Below are positions 38,691 to 50,480 of a DNA stretch of 64,000 nucleotides, piece after piece. The notes beneath the pieces were generated by a model. That model did not search any database and was not told where the DNA came from. It worked only from the letters and a program-made list of their open reading frames with translations. Position 1 is the first letter of the stretch, and each line of letters begins with the position of its first letter. Made by a program: the position numbers and the translations under genes. This stretch comes from Azolla caroliniana (Eukaryota > Plantae > Polypodiophyta), in NCBI GenBank assembly GCA_043228905.1, contig JBHGNT010000014.1:682001-746000 (forward strand), in the 5' to 3' direction.

Positions 38691-39146
38691 TGTCAAAGTT
38701 AACGTGTGGAACCATTAGATAGAACTGGCTCAGGCGGATAGCAACAGAGAATAAGATGAAGGTTTAATGGAGAAGCTTAACACAAAGAGTATATACGGGA
38801 GAGACAGAGAGAGCAGAACATAAACTCAATTCAAAAATAACTCTAAAACTCTGTACATACAACGTGCTAAACAACATTATTTATACAAGTCCATAAAGGA
38901 CTGATAGAAGTACTCACAGGTACTTCAATATTACTACGTGCGACTGACACTGACTATAAGACAATGATTACCTAGTAGTCTAGGCTACTACTAGGCTTCC
39001 GGTTCCCGCTCGAATCCGGCTCTCCGATCAGTCTCCCTGATCCGGCCGGTTGTTTCCGGATACCGATCCAGCTCATCCTTCCGGATGTTGATTCGGTTCA
39101 GGCTTATTCAGCCGATCCGGATCCAGTTGAGCTTGCTCGCTCAACA
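38691..39146 (-). repeat. 3' LTR of copia element 2 (456 bp)
   Basis: TGTCAAAG...TCAACA, adjacent to the PPT (CTCCCCCTCAA on the plus strand). Confidence 0.93.
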
Positions 39147-39516
39147 CTCCCCCTCAAGCTCAATTTGAGGTCGGATCGTGGTGTTAGTGTCTGTGGCAGC
39201 TGGTTCTTCTACCCGACTCCTTCTGCCGTCGTCACGCCTTGCTCGCGCTCCTTGTCCGGTCCGGTTCCGTTTCCCGCGACCCGTCCGGTACTGCGCGTCT
39301 TGACCTCCTTGGTCGGCTTGTTTGCTCAACAGGCCCATTTCAGCTCCCTCGCTGTTGCGACTCCGGCGCTTGTTGACCCGTTGGTTCCTTCGTGTTGGCG
39401 TTGACTTCCACTGCGTCCGTGTCCGCTTGGCCTTTAGTTGATCCGGCTTCTCCGAATGTTGAACTAAATTGGCTTCCTCCAATTTGTTCCAGCTTTTGTT
39501 CGAATTGGTCGCTCCC

Positions 39517-39935
39517 TGTTATTCTCTGACCGGACAAGGCCTAACACAAGGTGTCACGGAGACACTTCACCAAAGGGTGATTACGGCATAGGATTATGAC
39601 TCAACGATTACACCGACTTAAGTAGGTTACACGATTAGATCGCTTTTGTTAATTACACGCGTAAGATATAACAGTAAGTACAGAACGGAAATCAACACAG
39701 AAGTATAAACACCATATGCTCTATTAATTATCCGCTGCGATTACAATGGGGTCCGGGCCTTTAAATAGGTTTCCGGCCCGTAGTACAAAACGGTGCCTAT
39801 CGCACCTATTCGGGATCCGTCCGGATCTGGAACGGCATACCGTTTCCAGTCCGTCCGTCCACACTATGCTTCTTTACAACCATACTTAATTAATTCCTTC
39901 ACTCCGTATTTTGGACTCCTTGCCGGCCGGTAACA
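39517..39935 (-). repeat. 3' LTR of nested gypsy
   Basis: TGTTATT...GGTAACA, near-identical to 48920-49338. Confidence 0.96.
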
Positions 39936-39987
39936 CATGGCACGCCCGTGGGACAGTACCTTGTACATCGAACCCTTCTCGGCCCCT

Positions 39988-41589
39988 TCATTGTTCACCC
40001 AAATTGTCCAAAATACTTTGTTCCAGAGTTTCCACTTGTTCTTCCGGTTGTGGTTGTTGCGGCTGTGCTTGCTGCTGCTGCTGTGGTTGCGGTTGGGACT
40101 GAGGCTGCTTCGGCTGCTCTATAGGCGGCTGCTCCGTTTGTTTCTCTGACTCCGGCATCTCCGTTTGACTGCTTCCGGTCCGGTCTCCTTCCAGTAACGG
40201 TTCCTCATCACTGAGGTTGACCGTAACCGGTTCTCGTGCTTTCTCTTCCCGGATCCGGGACCTCTCGTAGCTTTCAAACTGGATCTGCGCCTCCAGCCTG
40301 TCGTCGTCCAGCTGAGCTACAAGTTGCCGGACTTGCCCTAGTTGGTCCTCTGCCAAGGCTTGAAAGTCTTCAGCGAGCTCATCTCTTATGCCGGTGAAGT
40401 CTTCGGAAGTCAGCATATAGCAATCATCTCCCTCCTTCCGCCGGTTCTCTACGTCGGCCCGGAGCAATTGGAGTTCCGCCGCGTTCGTGGCCCACTTGGT
40501 CCACCATTTGACGGACCCGTTGTCAATCAAGCTCTTGGTCTGGTTCAACCAGGCCCGCATGATATCCTGGATACGACTTGCTCCCATTTGCGCTCTACTT
40601 TCCACAACTTGTCGTTCCTCCTTCAACTGCTTGATGAGATTAGCCGTATCCTCCGCCTGCTCTCTGTAGCGCGTCAGCTGCCCTTGATATGTTGTTTGCA
40701 GCCTCTGCAGTACCTCCGCCGCTCTTTCTTTTTCTGCCTGCTGTTGCCTGAGGAGCTCTGTCCGAACCTTCTCCGCCTCTTCCAACCGTCTTCTGGTTTC
40801 CGCTTGTTCATTAGCGTATGCCGTTGCGGTCCGATCAACTGCTTGCCGGAGCTCATCCGTCCGTTCCTTGTGCTCCGTTTGCAACCGTTTATACTCCCGG
40901 TGCAATTGCTCAAATTCCTCCGTTTTTTGTTTAAGCTTGCCGTTGATCTGGCGATGGTTCCGGTCCTCCCGGTCCTTTAGCTGCCGGAGTTCCTCTTTCA
41001 GGCGCTCTATTTCTGTTTCGGCGTTTCTCTGGAGCCTGTCCTTCTCTTGCAGCATTTTCTCCTTTTCCTCCTTGAGCCGGTCGTACGCTTGGTGGCCTTT
41101 TCGTAAGCTCTCCTCGGCCCGGCGTAGATTTTCAGCAGTCTTTTTGAGTTCTGCCTCCGCTGCCGTCTTCAACTCTCTTTCGCGGCTCCTCAACGCTTCT
41201 TGGGCAGCTAGCTCATCCTTTAAGTCCGCAAGCTCTTGGGCTTGTGCCGCATTTCTCTCCGGAACGGTTTCCGTTGCCGGAGTCTGATTACTATGTACAG
41301 GTTGATCTGACACTTTATTCTGTACATTGCCCGGAGTCACTGGTGCTTGGACTTGTGTTGTCAAAGCCAATTGAGCCATTTCCCTTGTGACCCTGTCCAA
41401 GTCTTGTTCAAGGCTCCGGATTCTGGACCGGGCCGTCTCGAGATCTACGGTTGTGACGAGCAACCGTTCGTGGTGCGCTCTCTCCTCCGCCTCTATGTAC
41501 TCGACCGCTCCGGCGATCTGCTCGCCTACCCACCGTAGCCACATGCTACTGGTGCCTTGCTGCTGTACTGGTCGGGTCGGCTCGTTCAC
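39988..41589 (-). CDS. Gypsy extra ORF, C-terminal part (long coiled coil)
   Basis: 533-aa E/K/R/Q/A-rich heptad-like ORF, in frame with 41620-42957 across a single TAG. Confidence 0.7.
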   Translation of the reverse strand: MNEPTRPVQQQGTSSMWLRWVGEQIAGAVEYIEAEERAHHERLLVTTVDLETARSRIRSLEQDLDRVTREMAQLALTTQVQAPVTPGNVQNKVSDQPVHSNQTPATETVPERNAAQAQELADLKDELAAQEALRSRERELKTAAEAELKKTAENLRRAEESLRKGHQAYDRLKEEKEKMLQEKDRLQRNAETEIERLKEELRQLKDREDRNHRQINGKLKQKTEEFEQLHREYKRLQTEHKERTDELRQAVDRTATAYANEQAETRRRLEEAEKVRTELLRQQQAEKERAAEVLQRLQTTYQGQLTRYREQAEDTANLIKQLKEERQVVESRAQMGASRIQDIMRAWLNQTKSLIDNGSVKWWTKWATNAAELQLLRADVENRRKEGDDCYMLTSEDFTGIRDELAEDFQALAEDQLGQVRQLVAQLDDDRLEAQIQFESYERSRIREEKAREPVTVNLSDEEPLLEGDRTGSSQTEMPESEKQTEQPPIEQPKQPQSQPQPQQQQQAQPQQPQPEEQVETLEQSILDNLGEQ

Positions 41590-41619
41590 TGTGGAATTGT
41601 CTGGCCTGAGTGCCTGTAT

Positions 41620-42657
41620 CTACCGTTCTGGTTCTACTCCTTGGCCGCTGTGTGCGCTGGCTGGGCTCGCCGGCTGTTGAGTTCCGGTTCTCGCCGTCTC
41701 CGGAGCCGTTGGAATGACTTCTGGTATAGAAGTCGACAAGGCCGGTTCTACACGCACCAGTTCCGGTTCCTCCCTTGCGGTTTGCTCAGGTTGAGTTGGG
41801 GGCGTTTCTTCCTTTTGCGGGTCCGAACGCTCCCCCGTTGTCCCGGCGGTACTACTTCTTGACCGTCGTTGGAGGTGCTCTTCTGGCTCCTCCGTTACCT
41901 CTTCCTGGGTAACGGCATGTTTCTGTGCCGTCAAGGGTTCCGGTTCCTTCTGTCCCGGTCGCCGTATGGTTATCTTAACGGGTCGGACCGGTGACACCTC
42001 CTCCAGTTCTGGGAGCCGTTTCTTCCCTTTCGTTGCCTTCGACGCCAGCAGCTGCTGTCGTTTGGACGCGGGCTTCGAGGTGCTTCCTTCCGATAATCTT
42101 GGCCGCTTCTTTGGCTGAACGGTCTCGACCGGCGGCACGAGCAATGTTATCCACTGAGCTACGGCATGCCACAGCTTCCGGCCCTCCTTGCCGTCCTTTC
42201 CTCGTACCATGTCGATTGCCGCGCACAAACCGTCTGCAATCAACACCGGCCAGTCCACCTTGATCCCTTCATAGGTGGCTATGATCATCCCTGCCCGATT
42301 TTTTGGCATGACAGGGGGTCGGGGGTACACGTGGCCGTACTCATGGAGCACTCGAGCTATCTCCCTGAATAGCGGATCTTCGCCGCCCTGCGTTCGATAG
42401 CCTTTGCCGGCTACAGAGTACTCACCGAAATATCGGATGAGTTGCTCCGAGGTTGGGTTAACAATCTGAAAAATACCTCCCTCCGGAAGGCCTGTTAGCG
42501 CACGGATCGCTTCTTCGGTGATGACTTCTGTGTCGAGCTCCTTGATGACCCGGTCGGCTTCTCTGTGCGGTGGTGCCTCCATGATGGTCAAGAACCCATC
42601 CAGTCCGTGTTGCCTGAGCCATTTCCTGGCCGCTTCCGACAGCGTTTGTGGTTCCAT
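41620..42657 (-). CDS. Gypsy extra ORF, N-terminal part (plant-transposon-associated/PMD-like domain plus low-complexity linker)
   Basis: Likely start MEPQTLSEAARKWL at 42657; motifs WLRQHGLDGFL, ITEEAIRALTGLPEGG, KVDWPVLIAD. Confidence 0.65.
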   Translation of the reverse strand: MEPQTLSEAARKWLRQHGLDGFLTIMEAPPHREADRVIKELDTEVITEEAIRALTGLPEGGIFQIVNPTSEQLIRYFGEYSVAGKGYRTQGGEDPLFREIARVLHEYGHVYPRPPVMPKNRAGMIIATYEGIKVDWPVLIADGLCAAIDMVRGKDGKEGRKLWHAVAQWITLLVPPVETVQPKKRPRLSEGSTSKPASKRQQLLASKATKGKKRLPELEEVSPVRPVKITIRRPGQKEPEPLTAQKHAVTQEEVTEEPEEHLQRRSRSSTAGTTGERSDPQKEETPPTQPEQTAREEPELVRVEPALSTSIPEVIPTAPETARTGTQQPASPASAHSGQGVEPER

Positions 42658-43049
42658 GTCTGCTTCGAGGTCGAGGAACGATGGCGAGGTAGAGTGGTGA
42701 TGAGAGTGAGAGCGAGAGAGAGAGCGTTCCGAACGTGGGGGTTCTCTGAGTGCAGGTTCGCGTTTGCTAAGCTTCCACTGCCTTGGTGCTTCTGTGCTTC
42801 TTGGCTCGCGAAAAAAAAAGGTCTCCATGCGTTCTTCTTTTTCTCTGTGCGTCTTGGCGCCTTTTTCGAGCATGCGCACGTCGTGTACCAATTTAGTATT
42901 AAGCAATGTGGCGGCTCTTAAATGCCCACTACGTACCTTTTCGCTCCTTGCTTTCACGTCCGTTCTTACCTCGATTTTTAATGATTTTTTTTATTTTTAT
43001 TTTTTTATTATTTTTTTTATTTTTATTAAATAAATGACGGTATGTGATC

Positions 43050-46000
43050 TTACACATCCGTAGGTCCCTTCGGACCCTTACCGTTTTCCTTACGGGTTGC
43101 CGTGTCTTCCTTCGCCTCTGCTACGGGTTCCTCGTCGTCTTTTTCTTCCATCCGTACCGTTCCCGGTATAGTGCCGGTGGGCTGCATAAACGGGTTATTT
43201 GGCATCGGTCCTTTATAGGGCTTTAGTCTAAATCCGTTGACCCACTTGCCTAGCACTTCACCGGCAAGTGTCCCTAACTGATAGGACCCGTTGTATTCCC
43301 GTGTCAGCCAATACGGGCCTGTCCATCTAAACCGGAGTTTACCCGGCATCTTGCCCATCCTCGTTTGGAATACTAGCACCGGCTTTCCAATTTCGAACAT
43401 CTTTTCATTACCTTTCCGGTGACGGTCAACGAACGCTTTCCGTCGTCGTTGCTCCAGTTCCATGTGTAGGATGCTGGCCAGCCGTTGCTCCTCCAGTTCG
43501 CATAGTGCTGCTAGCCGCCTTTCTTCCGACTCCTTTTCATTCAGCCGTTCCCGTAGTTGGATCCGTAAGCTTGGTACCTGAAATTCCACCGGCATGACCG
43601 CCTCTAAGCCGAACGCTAACCGGAACGGCGTTGTCCGGATACTTGTTTTGTATGCCGTTCGGTACGCCCATAGCGCGCTATGGAGCTTTGTATCCCAGTC
43701 CGTCCGGTTTTCATTGACGATTTTGCGGAGAATGTTCTGCAGCGTTTTGTTGGTGGACTCTGCTAACCCGTTCGCTTGTGGGTAGTACGGTGTACTCCGT
43801 TTATGGACCACGACATAGAACGTTGTTAAGCTTTTGACTACCTGGCCGAGGAAGTGCCCTCCTTGGTCGCTGATTAATTCAATCGGACATCCATACCGGC
43901 ACCAAATGTTCTCGTACAGGAATTTTGCTGTGGATGACGCCTTAGCCTCCACCCATTTAGTGCAATAATCTGTTGCCACGATGACATAACGATTACCTGT
44001 TCTCATTGCCGGTGGCTTGAACGGTCCGACAAAATCCAACCCCCACTTCTGGAATGGCTCTAGTGGAAGTACCGGTTGGTGTGGCATCCGTGCCTGCTCC
44101 GTAGGCTGGCCCATTCGTTGGCATAGGTCACATTCCTTAGCATACTTGACGGCGTCTTTTAACGTTGTGGGCCACCATAAGCCGCTCTGCCATACTTTCC
44201 TTGCCGTTGCTTCCCCGGCATAGTGTCCTCCGGCAACCCCACAGTGTGCTTCCCGTAAGATTACTTGTTTCTCGTCACTACGGACTGCCCGTCTCCATAT
44301 TCCATCTGCTCCCTTGTGGTAGAGAGTGTCCCGTAACAGACAGAAATTGCGGCTCTGCACCGCCAGTCGTTTCCTCTCGTCCCGGTTCATTTCCTCCGGT
44401 GGCAGGCCCGTGCTTAGGAACTGGTGCATGTTTGTCAGCCACCTATCTTCTGATACCACCGTGTCGTCCGCTGCCGTTTCCGGGGTGATACGGAATAACT
44501 CTGCGTCCGGGAATTCATCCGCTACTCCGACGCCTGATTCTCCGGACTCTAACCGGCTCAGGTAGTCTGCTACGGCATGCTGGATACCGGGCCGGTGGAA
44601 GATCTCGAATTCGAACTCCTGCAACAGCAAGGTCCAACGGGCCAACTTACCGGTCAGGGACGCCTTGGACACTAAGTACAGGAGCGCCGAGTGATCCACA
44701 TGAAAGGAGAACTTCCTTCCCAATAGGTAATGACGAAACTTTGTGACACTGTAGATCATGCCCAGGGCCTCCCGTTCCGTAGTCGAATAGTTCTTCTCCG
44801 CTTGGGACAGCTTCCGGCTGGCGTAATATACCGGCCGGTACCATTTGGGCTCCGTAAGTTGCATTAAGGCGCTGCCGATAGCGATGTCGGAAGCGTCCAC
44901 GAACACATGAAATTCCTTGCTCCAATCCGGAGGCTGCACGACGGGTGCTTGCGACAAAAGTACCTTCAGGGCATTGTATGCCTTATCCTCCGTATCCGTC
45001 CATTGGAACGGTGTCCGATGTACCGCGGTGTGTAATGGTGTAGCCAAGTCAGCCAAGTGACGGAGCATCCGGCTGTGCCACCGGATCTGTCCTAAGAATC
45101 GGCTTAGTGCTTTGGCCGTTTTCGGCGCCGGTGCCCCTAGTATCGCGTTTACTTTGTCCGGGTCTACCGCAATGCCCTCCTTACTTACAATGTGTCCCAG
45201 TAAGATTCCACTTGAAACTCCAAAGATGCATTTTGCTGGGTTTAAGCTTAGCCGGTATAACCTACACTTTTCAAGGCATAACCGTAGGTGCTGCAAATGG
45301 TCTTTTCCCCGGCTATAGACTGCAAAATCATCCAGGAAAACCTGCATGAAGGCAGGAATGTATTCGCCGAAGATCTCCATGATGATTCGCTGGAAAGTTG
45401 CTGGTGCCGTTTTTAGGCCGAACATCATTACTTCGGCCACAAACACCCCCCATTCGGTGACGAACGCTGTCTTCTCCTGGTCGTCAGGGTGCATCCGGAT
45501 TTGATTGTATCCGCTGAACCCGTCTAAAAAACTATAAACTTCATGGCCGGCGACGGCATCCAGTACTCCATCCGTGAACGGAAGAGGGAATGCATCCGTA
45601 ATTGTGGCTGCATTTAGTTTCCTGTAATCTACACACACGCGGATTTTACCGTTCTTCTTTGGAACGACGACGATGGGGCTCAGCCACGTCGCTTTCTTTA
45701 CCGGCCGGATGAAGCCCACTCTTAGGAGTTTGTCGATTTCCTCCTTCACTTTGGCGGCGTAGTTGGGGTTCATTCGGTAACGTCTTTGCGCCACTGGTTT
45801 CGCGTCCTTGCCTAAGTGGATCTGATGCTGATATAATTGAGGGTCCAACCCTCGCATGTCTTCGTATGACCAGGCGAATACGTCGCGAAACTCCGTGAGA
45901 AGTTTGATCATCGCCGCTTTATCTTCCGGCTTCATTTCTTTGGCGATGTGTACCGGCTTTGATTCGTCCTTGCTTCCTAGGTTCACTTCGTCGAGCTGGG

Positions 46001-48866
46001 ATGTTTTTACCCGTTGGGAAACGGCCATTTCCCGTTCCAACGCTTCCTGTGCTTGCCGTAATTCCCGAATCGAATCTTTGTCTGGTTCGGCTTCGGTTTC
46101 GTCCCGCTGCGGCAAGTATGGCGCTACGGCTTCAGCCACGTCAATCTCGAAGAGTGGTATGATTTTCGGGTGTTCCTCCAAGTACTGGGCTTCTTCGTCG
46201 TCTGCCAACCCTTCAAGCATGTTCACGCATTCCGCATACAGCGGTGTGCATTCCTTACCGTTGCTCGTCCGTGGTTGTGTCGGTACCCGGACCTTGGCTT
46301 TTCCGCGCCGGAAGGTAATCATATTTTTCCGCCAATTTTGCTTGATGTGTGCTGTTTTCAACCATGGTCTGCCCAGCAACAGTGGGTACGCGCCTTGCGC
46401 CTGTAGCTGCAGCACTACAGCCGAGATGTGAAATGTGTGACCTCCTATGGTGACTTCCAATTTCCGTATTAAGCCCGTCGGCCGTACAGAGCTCGTATCC
46501 GCCATCCGTAGCCAGAACGGACATGGCTCCCATTCATGTATACCCAAGGCATCACACGTGTGGAGGCTGATTACGTTCACCCCGGAACCTCCATCGATTA
46601 CTGTGCCGGGAAGTTCGTGCCCTTTGACAATAGCTGTAATCACCGGACTACTAGTGTCCACCACCGTCGGTCCCTCCTCCGGATTCGAGAAGAGGACTGG
46701 TGCCGGTGGGGCTATACCGTCTGTCATGCCCGTTTTTAGTCCTTCCGTAAATCGCGGCACGAGCTGCAAGAGTCTTCCTAATGGCAACGTGATCTGACAT
46801 TCTTGCAGTGCTTGCCATGTCTCGTTTTCTGGGTGGCTACCGCCGGCACTCCTTATGGTATTCGCCTTTTGCCGTTCCGCGTCCGCGACGTTCCTTTCAT
46901 TGGCTTCCTTCACCCATTCCGTCGCCTGTTTTCGTATGGCCTCTTGTGTTTCCCACTCTTTGGCCATGCCTTTCGACCGTGTGGTTACTTGCTGTATATC
47001 CGCCACTTCCGGAACCACCATATTAACTGCTGGTCGTTTATCGTAGCTCTTTGCCGGGCACTGGTTACTGTAGTGGCCTTCCTGCCTGCAGTAATAGCAG
47101 TACTCTTTACGGGTATTGCTGGATTCAGCATTGCTGGTATCCGGAGTCGGTCCCGTAGTGAGTGGTGCGTTCTGTGCCGGTTGGCTCCTTGGGGTTCCAT
47201 GTTCCGGGTCCCTAGTGTGACCACCTTTCTTGAAATTACGTTTCTTATGATTCTTATTTTTATTTCGGTAGTCCGGTCGTGGTGGATCGTAAAATCGGCC
47301 GTAGTCCTCCTGGTGCCTTCGGTAACCAGGGGAATGGTCTCTGTCGTATTGCTCGTGTCGTCTGTTGGACTCCCGATAACGGTCTGATCGCTCATACCGG
47401 TCGTAGTTATCATGCCGATCCCCGTACCGGCCATCATTCTCTTGTCTGTCTCCGTACCGGACATCCTGTGCCGGTCGGTACCGGTTCATTCTTTGCCAAC
47501 GATCGTCATCCTCGTCTCGGCTGCTTCTTGGCTCGATCCGTCGGACGGGTGGTGCTTGTCGGTTTAACAGGTTATACTCGCACCGGTCCGTTGTATGACT
47601 CTTGGATTGACAAATCACACACTGAGTTCGCATGGTGCACTCCACTGCCGAGTGTCCGGCATTCAAGCAGATTGTGCATTGAATTGCCTGCCGGAACCGG
47701 AGATCTTCATCGGTGGGTAACGCCCGTTGCAGTGCTCCCAGTGTAAGCCATGAGCTTGAATTTTCCATTTCTCTGACCCGGTCAATGACCTGGTCAATGG
47801 TGCTTCCTCGAAAGTCGATTACCGTACACACCGTGCGTAACGGTTCCCGGAGTGCGTTTAAAAATATCGTCCGTAATTCCTCCTCCGGGGGTGCACGGGC
47901 GAGCTGGCTATGCATTCGTTGGAAACGGATGACGAATTGGGGAATGCTTTCCCCTGCCTCCTGTGGGATCGTATAAAACAGGCCCACCATTGTCGTCTGG
48001 TCGACCTCCTTGTGGAAAAAATGCAAGAATTTTGCTTTTAATTCTGCAAAGGTTGTGATGGTCGCCGGGTCCTGCGTCCGCCGCCATCGTGTCGCTGGTC
48101 CTTCCAAAGTGACCCCGAATTCCGCTATCTTCGAGCGTTCTTCTTCCTCCGGTGTCATTCGCTGGGACGTGTGATTTGCTTCCCATGTCTGCTCGAAGGC
48201 ATGAACATGCGCTTCCGCGTCCGGATCATCGCGATACTTTGAGTATTGGAACGGCATGTCGTCGTCCAGTATTAGGCCGCGGTTTAGTGGCGTTTGTTGA
48301 TATCTTTCCGGTTTTCTCTCCGGTTCCACTTCCGGTTGTTTTGCCGGTGTTTTTTCCGGTTCCTCTTCCGGTTCTTTCGCCGGCTCTTTCGTTGGTGTCG
48401 GTGGCTTTGCTTCTTCCACTTCCGGTGTTGGTGAGTTGACGGCTTCCGTTTGCGGTTCCGGATAGCCCTAGTCGAGCGGTTCCGGTTCTGGAGTCGGCAC
48501 GGTATCCGACCCGTCGTCCTCCGGGCCGCCGGGGGTATCGTTGCTGCTCCGGTAGTTCGTGTGCACGCTGTATCCCCCGTCGGAATCCGATTCGTAGGTT
48601 GAAAAGGCTTCTGCCTCGTTTTCTCCGCTTGCTAGCGCCTCAAGGAGGCGTTCGGTTTCCCGGAGACTACTTAGACTGCTTCCGTCGTCCTGGTCGCGAG
48701 TTTGCTGTAACCGAAGAGATTCCTCCGCGACTCTCCGGATCTCGTTGGAGAACGAACGATCCGAGCGAATTTCGTGCGCTGCTTGCTGGAAAGTCTCACG
48801 CCGTCTTTGCCGTTCGGCGAGGCGTCGAGCTCGGTCTGTAACCAGGTCGTGCGTTGGTCTCGTCAT
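43050..48866 (-). CDS. Gypsy gag-pol polyprotein with one in-frame TAG at 48468-48470
   Basis: Gag with CCHC knuckles (CTICLNAGHSAVEC, CYYCRQEGHYSNQC), protease (IDGGSG), RT (FLDDF), RNase H (DASD), integrase (HCG..GGH, CDLC, LDFVG, SDQG, ANGLAE). ORFs 48468-48866 and 43050-48419 are in the same frame, 16 codons apart. Confidence 0.93.
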
Positions 48867-48903
48867 CCATTAAGCCGTCGTTCGCTGCGAGAAAGTAGGA
48901 ATC

Positions 48904-48913
48904 GTGGTCGCCA
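48904..48913 (-). other. Primer binding site, tRNA-Arg-like
   Basis: TGGCGACCAC, 6 nt downstream of the 5' LTR; complementary to a ...GUGGUCGCCA tRNA end (plant tRNA-Arg(UCG), from memory). Confidence 0.7.
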
Positions 48914-48919
48914 AAACTG

Positions 48920-49338
48920 TGTTATTCTCTGACCGGACAAGGCCTAACACAAGGTGTCACGGAGACACTTCACCAAAAGGTGATTACGGCATAGGATTAT
49001 GACTCAATGATTACACCGACTTAAGTAGGTTACACGATTAGATCGCTTTTGTTAATTACACGCGTAAGATATAACAGTAAGTACAGAACGGAAATCAACA
49101 CAGAAGTATAAACACCATATGCTCTATTAATTATCCGCTGCGATTACAATGGGGTCCGGGCCTTTAAATAGGTTTCCGGCCCGTAGTACAAAACGGTGCC
49201 TATCGCACCTATTCGGGATCCGTCCGGATCTGGAACGGCATACCGTTTCCAGTCCGTCCGTCCACACTATGCTTCTTTACAACCATACTTAATTAATTCC
49301 TTCACTCCGTATTTTGGACTCCTTGCCGGCCGGTAACA
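48920..49338 (-). repeat. 5' LTR of nested gypsy
   Basis: Matches 39517-39935 and is followed by the PBS on the minus strand. Confidence 0.96.
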
Positions 49339-49461
49339 CTCCCGATTCGTCTTCCGGTTTCCGGCCCTTCACCACATCAAACCATGTCCGGGTCTTGGCC
49401 TTTTTCTTCTGGTCGGCTTTGTCCTTCTTGACTCTACCGCCATTGCCGCTCGTTGTTGCGT

Positions 49462-50287
49462 TGTTACGCGTGCGCGTGTAAAAGGGCGGGACCATGGGGG
49501 TCTCGGACGAGGGAAGGAGGGAAGCCGAGAAGAGGATTCCGGACGTGTTCCAGAAGCAACCGAATGAGAGAGAGAGAAAGAGAGGGTGAAAGAGAGGGAG
49601 CGCATGCTTGACACCGACTCACACCCACACACACACACACGCCGACCCGACTCACGCCCTCATGTACAGGGAACGCAGGGAAGGGAAAGCACCCGACCCC
49701 CAACAGAGACACGAATATGCATAAACAGACGCAAATGTATATATATTACAAGGGAAAGAATACATCCCCGGCTTCAAGCCGGACCAAGGTAGGTTACAGC
49801 AGCGGTCTGCTGCCAAGCCGCCGATCGGGGAGCTCACGGGCTTGTCGCGCCGAGCGGGGTCTTGCACAGGAGGCCGAGCCGAAGCAATCCTCTAGAGCAC
49901 AACCACGGCCCGAGCCGGCTATGCACAGAAGAAGAGAACTAACCTAACAACTTGCCGCCATAGCTACAACTCGACTCCTCGAGAAGGAGCAGGAAAAAAG
50001 ACGAAGAAGAGAAAGAATGTAGCTAACCCTAGAAAGAAAACACAAAACGGTATACCCTTCTGACTCAAAAATGGGCAACCCCTCTACAAGGAACCATCCC
50101 TTCCTTTTATAGAACAAGGAGAGGGATGCGTTACAATGTGGGATAAATTCCAATTTACATGGGATTCTTCGTCCCGACTTAAGTCCTATTATCCATACAA
50201 TTATAAGAGGGTGAGCGCACATGGTGCACTCTGCCGATGTAGCCGATATTCCCTGGTTTCCGCCTCTGGACGAAATTCTTCACGACA
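49462..50287 (-). mobile_element. Candidate solo LTR of a third family inside the copia 3' region (~826 bp)
   Basis: Absent from the homologous region of copia element 1. Minus-strand ends TGTCGTG...GTAACA, a CTATAAAAGG TATA box at ~50103-50112, and imperfect 4-bp flanks GCGT/TCGT. Confidence 0.6.
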
Positions 50288-50480
50288 TCGTCCCCACTTG
50301 TTCAGACGTGCCGACTTCCTTCGTCGACTCGGCTTCCTTATTCCTCTTGTCTCCTCCTTTGTTGGTTCTTTCTTCCTCTCCGACTCCTTGTTCGGTGCCA
50401 TCCGTTCCCTTTCCTTTTCTCCCCCTCAAGTGCGGCACGTCGAGATGCTGAACACCAAGCATTTCGGTGAAGTGCTGCAA

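Larger units (their letters stand above)
39517..49338 (-). mobile_element. Young full-length Ty3/gypsy (non-chromoviral) element with extra ORF, nested in the copia element
   Basis: 419-bp LTRs at 39517-39935 and 48920-49338 (2 mismatches by manual comparison); CTCCC TSD at 39512-39516 and 49339-49343; PBS TGGCGACCAC; gag-PR-RT-RH-IN polyprotein. Confidence 0.97.

Noticed and set aside
39988-42957. Retroviral env gene
   Set aside because: The position is env-like, but no signal peptide, TM helix or fusion-protein features are visible.
40342-48841. Many plus-strand ORFs over the gypsy element
   Set aside because: Antisense shadows of GC-rich coding sequence with no motifs of their own.
50222-50237. 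TGGTGCACTCTGCCG as a tRNA-Gly PBS of a plus-strand element
   Set aside because: Only ~8 nt match, the TATA box indicates a minus-strand LTR, and the block extends to 50287.
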